A stretch of DNA of 64,000 bases from an uncultured Clostridia bacterium (GTDB lineage Bacteria; Bacillota; Clostridia; Oscillospirales; JAAYOS01). Location: contig CANRJS010000001.1 in assembly GCA_947631015.1 (NCBI GenBank), positions 95,561 through 159,560 on the forward strand, read 5' to 3'. Below are positions 1 through 8,400 of this stretch, piece by piece. Within the stretch, counting starts at the first letter, position 1, and the number at the start of each line of letters is the position of its first letter. The translations under genes and the position numbers were made by a program. The notes under the pieces were generated by a model that was given only the letters and a program-made list of their open reading frames with translations, ran no database searches and was not told the origin of the DNA.

Positions 1-34
1 AGCATGCCTGTCTACACTTGTCAACAGCTTTTTC

Positions 35-69
35 AAAAAATGTCCGGCCGATCCGAAGAACCGGCCGGA
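35..69 (-). terminator. intrinsic-terminator-like hairpin at the window edge
   Basis: An 8-bp GC stem TCCGGCCG/CGGCCGGA (43-50/62-69). On the minus strand it is followed by T6 (plus-strand A35-40). Confidence 0.4.
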
Positions 70-191
70 TAAGGTCAGCGGTCGCCCGTACCGCCTCTCT
101 TTGCGGTATTAAGCGAGGCTATCGGGATACGTTTTATCTCCTGCAAAGCGGTAAAAACAAACATAGATTGCATCAGGTCTTTGCAGGAGAG

Positions 192-220
192 TGGACAAAG
201 CTGCCCATTTATGTTATACT
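192..220 (+). promoter_or_regulatory. sigma-70-type promoter of the ABC exporter gene
   Basis: TGGACA, 17-nt spacer, TATACT, about 40 nt upstream of ATG 262. AAGGTG SD lies before the ATG. Confidence 0.45.
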
Positions 221-261
221 GAGAACATCTTAACGAGATTTTTGCTTATGAAGGTGCAACA

Positions 262-1890
262 ATGATAACAAAACGTTTCACTATGCTTCTCGGTACCAAT
301 AAGGCTTTTTTCTGTCTCGCTGCATTTATCGGAGTGATATACTGCGCAGTGTCTGTGATCGTTCCGGCAGTTTCGGGAGATGTGGTGAACGCAGCTTTAG
401 ATGATATTTTCTCGAGCGGCAGACTGCTTTTTACTTATCTCATGCTCAGTCTCGGGCAGATCTTGCTCGCTGCTGCCGACAGTTGGCTTGGTGACACGTT
501 CAAACTCAGACAGAAGCGGGTGATGCGGACTGCCTCTGCGGAAACCTTTATGCGGAGAAGTGACGCAGGGAAAGATGAGATTTCGGGTTTTACATCATTT
601 TTGAATAACGACATACCTTCCATCGTTGAACAGTACTTCTATGCGGTGATCGATGCGGTCAAATGCATATCATTGATTGCGTTTTCCGCATTGACTCTTT
701 TTCGTATTGATTGGGTATTTGCGATAACGATAGTCGGTATCAGTGTACTTATTGTGGTGGTTCCGCAGGCCATGCGAAAGCGGAGCGGTCGTGTTCGGGA
801 AAAGTACTCCCATGAGCTTGCGGACTATAACACCACGCTCCAATCATTGTTAAACGGTCTTAAGGTGCTGCACGCATACGGCTATCGTGCACGCGCAAAT
901 AAGCGTCTGGAAGAAAAAAACAGCAATGTTGCCTCCGGTGAGGCGGCGTTAGTAAGGCGGCGTACAGCAATATATACTTCTACTGCGGTGCTGCAAACCG
1001 CAAATACGGTTTTGATCCTGGTGGTAGGAGTTGCTTTTATTGCGGCGGGAAGAATCGACGTGGGCGGGTTACTTGCAGTGATACAAATAACGGAACTGCT
1101 TGGCTCGCCGGTGGAGGTGCTCTCTCACCTGCAGCACGGGAGGATAGAATCCGCTCCGCTTCTGAAGCGGTATGAGGAACTAATAAGCGAGAAGCAGCAC
1201 ATTGCAGCTAACGGTTTTAAGCCGCCTGTTCGAAATATTGAAGTGAAAAATCTGTCATACGAGGTTGACGGTATTGAGATATTACACAATGTCTCCGTCA
1301 CCTTCAACGCGGGGGGAAAGTATCTTCTTACCGGGCCCAGCGGCAGCGGGAAGTCAACATTGCTTCGGCTCATAGCCGGCATAGGAGACCTGTCATTCAG
1401 CGGCTACATCACCTGTAATGGCGAAGAAGCGGCAAATATTCCGAGAAATCTGTATTATAAGAGTATTTGCCCGGTGTTTCAAGAGCCCTATCTTTTCCAT
1501 GAGGATCTGGAGGAGAACATTCTGATGGGAAGAAATATTCCCAAGGAACGTTATTACGAAATTGTCGAAAAGCTGAATCTGAAGTATCTTCTTGAACGGT
1601 ATCGAGAAGAGAAAATAACCCCCGAAATCGTGGAGACGTTGTCGGGCGGCGAGAGACAGCGAATCGCTTTGGCTCGGGCAATGGTCGGTTCCCCCGAAGT
1701 GTATCTGCTGGATGAAGTGACTTCGTCGCTCGACCGGGAGAATTCGGAGATAGTAGAAAACGCGCTGCTCCGTGAAAATGCAATGGTTATTCATGTTTGT
1801 CATAAACCCGATCCAAGGTTGGCGGCTGACTATTCGGTCCGCTATACTCTGCTTGAAGGCAAGCTTGTACTGTCCCCGCCAACGATGTGA
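262..1890 (+). CDS. ABC exporter, fused permease and ATP-binding domains
   Basis: 542-aa ORF. The N-terminal half is hydrophobic (about 6 TM). Walker A is GPSGSGKST, the ABC signature is LSGGERQR and Walker B is LLDEVTSSLD. Confidence 0.9.
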   Translation: MITKRFTMLLGTNKAFFCLAAFIGVIYCAVSVIVPAVSGDVVNAALDDIFSSGRLLFTYLMLSLGQILLAAADSWLGDTFKLRQKRVMRTASAETFMRRSDAGKDEISGFTSFLNNDIPSIVEQYFYAVIDAVKCISLIAFSALTLFRIDWVFAITIVGISVLIVVVPQAMRKRSGRVREKYSHELADYNTTLQSLLNGLKVLHAYGYRARANKRLEEKNSNVASGEAALVRRRTAIYTSTAVLQTANTVLILVVGVAFIAAGRIDVGGLLAVIQITELLGSPVEVLSHLQHGRIESAPLLKRYEELISEKQHIAANGFKPPVRNIEVKNLSYEVDGIEILHNVSVTFNAGGKYLLTGPSGSGKSTLLRLIAGIGDLSFSGYITCNGEEAANIPRNLYYKSICPVFQEPYLFHEDLEENILMGRNIPKERYYEIVEKLNLKYLLERYREEKITPEIVETLSGGERQRIALARAMVGSPEVYLLDEVTSSLDRENSEIVENALLRENAMVIHVCHKPDPRLAADYSVRYTLLEGKLVLSPPTM

Positions 1891-1947
1891 AGGACCCGGT
1901 TCGACAGTGGTCAAAATAAACGGTTCGCTCAAAGTCAAGAATATACG

Positions 1948-2308
1948 TAATATATTCAGCCCTCGTGTTGGTATGCGTTCGAGCAGGAGCTTCACAAAGT
2001 CGGGCAATATTCGCGGAGCGAATATTGCAAGCGAGTGCGGCAGAATGTCGGAGGAGGAATTGGTTCGCGCCCTCGCGGTTCGCAGCGGTTAAATTCGCCA
2101 CAAGGCGGCAAATTTGCGGAGCCAAACCACAATCAAAGCCCATAAGGGCTGAATATGTTCCGATGAAGAATTGGTTGGCGCCCTCGTGTTCCGCGCCGGT
2201 TCGCGCGGTTGAAGTTGCTTGCCACGGGCAAGCAACTTCGCGCAGGCGGAATTCATTTCCGCCGAGCATTTCAATTAAAGGGCGCAGGCGGCTTCGCCGC
2301 CGGAGCCC
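1948..2308. repeat. three roughly 110-bp tandem units rich in GC hairpins (REP-like)
   Basis: The box GCCCTCG(T/C)G recurs at 1959, 2069 and 2180. Hairpins lie at 2004-2028, 2091-2115 and 2211-2239. There is no credible ORF. Confidence 0.6.
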
Positions 2309-2345
2309 AAAAAAGAAGCAGTCCCAAAGGGACTGCTTCTTTTTT
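2309..2345 (-). terminator. bidirectional intrinsic terminator, probably the pre-insertion ssrA terminator
   Basis: A6, then an 11-bp perfect stem GAAGCAGTCCC/GGGACTGCTTC (2315-2339), then T6. It directly abuts the orphan tmRNA 3' fragment. Confidence 0.8.
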
Positions 2346-2371
2346 GGTGGAGGCGGGGGGGAGTTGGACCC
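2345..2371. repeat. attL: orphan copy of the last 26 nt of tmRNA
   Basis: TGGTGGAGGC-G7-AGTTGGACCC. It is identical to 14829-14854 except for one extra G in the G run. Confidence 0.85.
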
Positions 2372-2419
2372 GCTGTAAACTCCCCCAAACCCCTTGCGCC
2401 CCAACGCTTTCACAAATCC

Positions 2420-2431
2420 GTGTGCATTTCC
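2420..2431. promoter_or_regulatory. putative integrase arm-type box (P arm)
   Basis: GTGTGCATTTCC lies 50 nt inside attL and matches the GTGTGCATTTTC triple repeat at 14671-14706. Confidence 0.5.
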
Positions 2432-2437
2432 CCCCCC

Positions 2438-5400
2438 TCACGGCGTCGGCAGACTCACCCACTCCGGCACATCTTCCTCCTCGCGGTTGAGCCTGTCCGC
2501 GACCTCCTCGCCGAGCCTTGTGTCATACGGGTTTTTCTTCGGCGACCAGTTCTTAGCCTGCGCCTGCCAAAGCACGGCCTTCTCCTCGCGCGTGAGCTGC
2601 TTCATACTGCCGAGCGCGTCCGCGACCTCTGCCTGGGTGTAGCTTCCGTTCCCGTCGTCGTAGTCCGGCAGCGCCTCCATGAGCTCGGTCCAACTCTCGG
2701 AGCTCACGCCGAACTCTCCCGCCGCCGCGACCTTGTCGTAGGCCGCCTCGGTGAGGACGGTCTTCATCGCCGCGAGCCTCGCTTCTTCTATATCAGTCGC
2801 ATTCACGACCGCGCGCATCTTCTCGGCCTTCGTCATTTCGTCCCCCTCGATCTCGCGGAGCAGCTCGAAGGCGTCCCTCTGCCCCATGCCGGCGTCGGTC
2901 ATCTCGCGGTAGGCCGTGGTCTGCTTTGCGGAGAGACTGTCAAATCCGCTTCTCACCCAGTCCTGCGCCGTGTCGAGCGAGCTCTTGCCCATTATCATCG
3001 ACTTCACGACGTCCCAGAACGAGCCCGCGCCCTCGTCCGTGTACTCCGGGTACTGAAGAATGTCCTCGCCCTTGGAGTTTACGGTGTAGCTTCCGCCAGC
3101 GGCGCTCGTCGCTGCGCCCTCTATTACGCGCCGGACGGCTCCGCCTCCGGCGGGCGGCAGGAGGTAAGTGAACGGCTTCGAGAGCTCGTCCGCCGCCGTC
3201 TTCCGGCGCTTCTCCGGCGCCCAGTCGGGATTTGTCGCGGCGCTCCAAAGGTTTGTGAAGCTCGGTTTTGCGCTGCTTACCGGAATACGCCCGCCCCCGA
3301 GCAGGCCGCCGACAAACGGCAGCTCCTCCGCGACGTTCTTTGCGAGGTTCTTGCCGGCTCCGTAGACGCCCTCCTGCTCGGTCTCAAAGCTCGGCATGTC
3401 CCCGGTTATCGCTCCTTTTGCGAGCCGGAAGACATTCGGCAGCTCGTAGCCGGTGAGGTCCCCGACCGTGTCGTTGAGGATGCCTATCGGGTCGAGCGCC
3501 GGGCGGTAGCCCGTCAGCAGCTCGCTGGCCTCGTTGAAGAGCCACGCCCCTATCGCGAACTTGAGCAGCGCCCACGCGAGGCTTGCCATGCCCTTCTCCC
3601 TGTGTTCGCGCGGAACGTCCTTCATTAAGTAGCTGAACTGATTGTTGACTTCAAGCTGGAACTGCGTGAAGAGCTTCGTCACGGGATTTGCGCGGCTGAA
3701 GAGCGTCGGCATGGAGCCCTTCGACCGCGCCGCCATGACTCCCGCCGCCCACGCGTCCGCCTCGTCCATCGCGCTCTGCTCGGAGAGGCCGCGCTTCACG
3801 TTCTGCGCGTACCGCGCGCGCACGAGCGTCTCGCTCGAGAAGCGGTCTACCGTCTCCATCAGGTCGCGCGCCATGCGGAGCGGCGTCTTCCCGACTATTT
3901 CCTGCGTCCTCGTCTGCACGAGCCGCTCGCTCCCGCGGCGGTTCGTGAGGAACTCGCTCATGTCCGAGAAGTCGTCTAGCGGCATATTGTCCGAGAGCGC
4001 TTCGATGATGCCGCCGACGCTCCACCCGCCGTTCCTTACCGCCTGCATGAACTTGGCGCGCGGGCTGTGCGCCTTGAGCGTGTCCCACATTCCGCGCAGC
4101 ACCGTCCCGCCTCCGAGGTCCGCCCAGCCCTGGGTTATCGGGATGAAGTTCGTCGTGGCGCTCCGGACGTTGAAGCCGACCATGTTCGCACCGACACGGC
4201 TCTCGAGCGCCTTGAGTACGTTGTACATCCCGCGCCCGGCGTCCGCCTCCATCTGACGGTCCGCGCGGCTCTTCTTCCCGGCAAGGAGGTTCGTGTACTC
4301 ATCTATCCACCCCGCGAAGTTGCTGAGCTCATACGGTCCTTTATCCACCTTGGTGCGTATCTGGTCCTGCTTTTCCTCCTCGGTGAGCTTGTCGTCCGCC
4401 CGTATCCTCTCGATGTCTGCCTGAATGCTCTCGTCCGTCGTCCGCTCTCGCGTGGCCGTGGCGAGCGCGCGGAGGCGCTGTATGTCGTCCGTGTGCCATA
4501 TCACGTCCGCCGCGACCTCGAGATAGCGGTCGAAGCCCTCTACCGCGTCGAAGGTAGTGGCGTTGCCCTTCCGTTCGAGCGCCGCGCCCATCCAACGTAT
4601 ACCCGGCTTGAAGTCCTCGGTCCTGCCGTTTATCGTCGTCGGGAGGTTTGTCACCTCGGTCTGCACGCCGAACGCCTTTCCGAGCCACCCGAGCACGCCG
4701 GAGCGCTGCTCGCTTTGGAAGTGCGGGAAGTACCCGCGCCGGTAGCTTATCGGCTCGTAGCCGTTTCGGACGCGCACCTCGTTTATCTTCTTGAACAGGT
4801 AGTCGTAGAGCTCGCGGAACGTCTCGACGGCGTTCTCTATCTTCGCGCGGTCGATGTTCGGGTTCTCCTTCCACGCGTTTTCGAGCGCGCCGCGCCACTC
4901 TTCGAGCGTCATGCCGCCGCGCTTCGCCTGCGGATCGCGCGCGTTCGCGCCTGTCGAGAGGACGGCTATGTTGTCCTCCGCCTCGCCGACGAACTGCACC
5001 AAAGCGGCCGCGCTCATGCTGTTCCCCTTCTTCACTCTGCGGGAAAGGTTGAGCTCGCGCACCTTGTCGCGCAGACGGTTCTTCATCTTGGTGCTCTCGG
5101 CCTCGTTCTTGTGTACCGGCGTGAAGTAGGTGTCGATGATCTCCTGCGCCTTCTCGTCGTCTCCGACGACGTCGCGGACGTTCCGCTCCGCCGTCTCGCG
5201 GGAATACAGGACGCCCATCTTCTTGTCGTGCCACTTCTCCGCGCCCTTGAGCATCTCCTTCGCTTCGTCGCGAAGCGTGGCCGCGCGGCCTTCGTTGTAC
5301 TCGCGGAGCTTGCCGACTATTTCCTCGTGTTTGCGTGCGGCCTCATAAACTGCCTGTATCCCCTTGACGTTATCCTTTGCGGGGTCAAGGTCTTCGATCT

Positions 5401-8400
5401 GTATGTCCCCCTTGAGCAGGCGTCCGACCTTTGTTTTGTCCTCGTCGATAAGCAGATTCCGCGCCTTGGCTTTTTCGAGTGCGCGGCGCGTCTCCTTCAT
5501 CTCAGCATAGAGCGCCGCTGCTTCCTCTGCGGTCATTGACCGGAGCTGCTTTCTCGCCTCCCTTGCCGCTTCCTCAGCGGCTCGTTTTGCCTCGCTCGCC
5601 TGTGCGTATCGCTTTATGTCACGGAGCTTTGGCACCGTATCGTAGACCGCCTCGTTGAAGTTGTGCCGGAGTATGCTCTTGTACGCCTCGGCATTTGTCC
5701 CGCCGTTCTCGTCCAGAGTGCGCTCGGTTCGCGCTATCGCCTGTGAGACAAACGCCATTCTCTCAATGCGGTTTATTTCACCCGTTATACTTTCGGGGAA
5801 CAATTCGGGCGCCGCCGAACTCAGTTCCTCGTAGAAATCACCCGCCGAACGCGCCGTACCGTCCGCGGCGTTCTCGGCTTTTACAAGCGTCAACCGGCCA
5901 AACACGCTTTTCCGGAACTGCTCCCAGTTCGGCATGCTCTCTCTAAGCTCCGGCCCTACGCTTATCTTTGTATCTCGGAGATACGTTTTCACCGGCTTGT
6001 ACATCTCGTAGAACGCGCTGTCGATTATCCTGCCCGCATTGTATGCCTGCTCGAATGCGTCCGAAAGCGACTCCTCCGAAATGCTTCCGTTCCCGAGATA
6101 TTCGTCCGCAAGCGTCTCGACAAGGTTTCCGACGACGGTTCTCTGTGCGGCCTTCGGAATCGAGAGTGCGTTCCCTATCGCGGCGCGCATATAACTTTCA
6201 GCCGAACGCAGATAACTCCGCGCCTTTGTCGGCAGCTTTGCCCGTTCGGTTCCGGCGGCATCGGCAGTTTCTCCGCTTTCCGCAGCATCCGGGGCGGTAT
6301 TGTCTCCGTTTCTTTTGCGGAAGAAATCTGCCCACATCTCATTTTCCACCATCTGCGCCGGTATCCTCTGCCGTTCTTCTTCGTCCCGTTCTGCTCTTAT
6401 TTCCGCATCCTCCCTTGCAAGGTTTATCGCATTCTGCCTCGCAGCGGAGAGCTTAGAGAGTGACGAGTCTACCGCGTCGTCGAAGTGGTGGCGCATAAAC
6501 TGCCTGTCTATCTCCTCCGACAGTCCGTTTCCCGCCGCTTTTCTCGCTGCGCCCTCTGCTGCTCTGACCGTATAAAGAAGCCGCGAAAGTTTGTCTGCCG
6601 TGTTGAGCTCCTCGCTATGACCATTCCCGTCCGATATTATGTCCGGAAGCATCTGCGGATCTATTCTCTGCGCTTCTTTGTAGACTTCGCGGAAGGGGAT
6701 TCCGTTTTCCCCGAAAGTCATCAGCCCGGAGGCGCTTCGCTCAAAGCTCGCCCAATGCTCCATTTCTGCGCGCTCTTTCGGGTCAACCGCTATTGTCACG
6801 CCGCTCACATAGTCCTTTATTTTCCCATACTTTTCGGCAACCTCGCTTTCGCTCTGTCTTGTCGCTTCATACGCTTTATCAAAGGCCGTATTTCTCGCCT
6901 CATCGGTGAGTGTCCCCGATTTATAATAGTTTTGTGCAAGCTCGCCTACCGCTTCGCCGATTATCTCGGCTTGAACGCCGCGCGGTACTCCGAGGCTGTT
7001 TCCGACCGCGCGGAGCAGATAAGTCTCCGCGCTTTTCAGTTCCTTTCTTGCTGAGTATGGAAGATGGCTCTGTGCCGGAAGCGTTTGTTCTTCCGTTCCC
7101 GCATCTGCATTTTCTGCTATTTCACGGCTCTGCACATCTGTGTCCGGCGACGGAAGGTGTATCCACTCCGGCCACGCATCCTGCTCTGCGGACGGCTCGT
7201 TTGCCTCAAGGCTATTCCAGTCTTCATCCTCCGACAGCTCGCGCCCCTCGCTGTCCTCGCTGATGCTGTACTCAGGGACACTCGGTTTCGGAATATATTT
7301 TGCAGCGTCACCCTTGACAAGCGCGAGCAAATCCTTTACACTAATTGTAGAAGAAGATTCCGAAGGGTGCTTAACGGCGACGTTTGTCGCGTCCGTGGGT
7401 GCTGAACTGGAGGAATCTTCTTTTTCTATTTCTTCCAGTACGAGCACATTACCATCATACAGGCTTGCATAAGTCTCTGACTGCATCTTGTCCTCAAGGT
7501 ATTCCCTGACTGTTCTCGGAATATCCTGTCCGGCAAGATTATATTCTTTGACCTTCAGCTTTACCGGTTTACTCCCTTGCTCTGTCCTCGCAGCAGCGAA
7601 AAGAGTATACACTCCGGTAGTATGGTCTCCGGGTGCGTTTCTGCTCTGCTCAGCGTGGGTAAATACTGCTTCTTCCAAAAGCTCCCTCAGATGCTTAGCT
7701 ACACCGATCTGGTCTCTGCCAAGGTTGGAAAACGTATGTGTAATACTCTGCGGTGTAATGAATATACTCTCGCCCGTATCCCGGTTCACTACCGGCGCGG
7801 AATACATCTCACGAGCTGCGTCGCTTGCGAGGAAAGCCCGCCGCTGCTCCGCTATGCGTTCGGTGCTTGTCCCCCGTATGTCCACTATGGCTATGTCCGG
7901 CTTCGCTATCAGGTCTTCATAAGTCGGTTCGCTGACTTCCGAAAAGCTGTACTCCGGCCCGTTTCTGAGCGCGTCTTCGGCGCTGTAATTCTCGTCGAAC
8001 TCGCGGTCGTACTCCTCCTCGCTCATCTCTCCCGCGGCGAGGCGCTCCCCGGCCTGACGCAGTCTCTCGCGGCGCGTCTCGGCGGCGGTCTCCTCCGCGC
8101 GTGCGGATACTGCCGCGTCCGCCCTCGCCCTCGCATCGACGGTGCGCCGTCTCGCGCGCCCCTTGACGTTCTCCGCGTCATCCAGAGCGCGGGCATACAG
8201 ATTGACCGCCCGGCGCACGAACGCGCGCTCGCGCGCCGCGTCGCTTCCGAGCTTCGCGAGAAGGGAGTCGAGCCGGTTTTTTATCCGGACGGCGAGCCCG
8301 CGGTTCTCCCGCACCATCCTGATAACGGCGTCCTCGTCTGTGAGGAGGTGCTTTTCGATGTACTCCGCGACGAGCTCGCGGTCTACGGCGGCGTTGTCCG

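Noticed and set aside
18-233. A 71-aa plus-strand ORF upstream of the ABC gene, and a possible riboswitch-like fold in 66-150.
   Set aside because: The ORF has a non-ATG start and no SD, and its translation is basic and low-complexity. I could not match the fold to any known riboswitch core.
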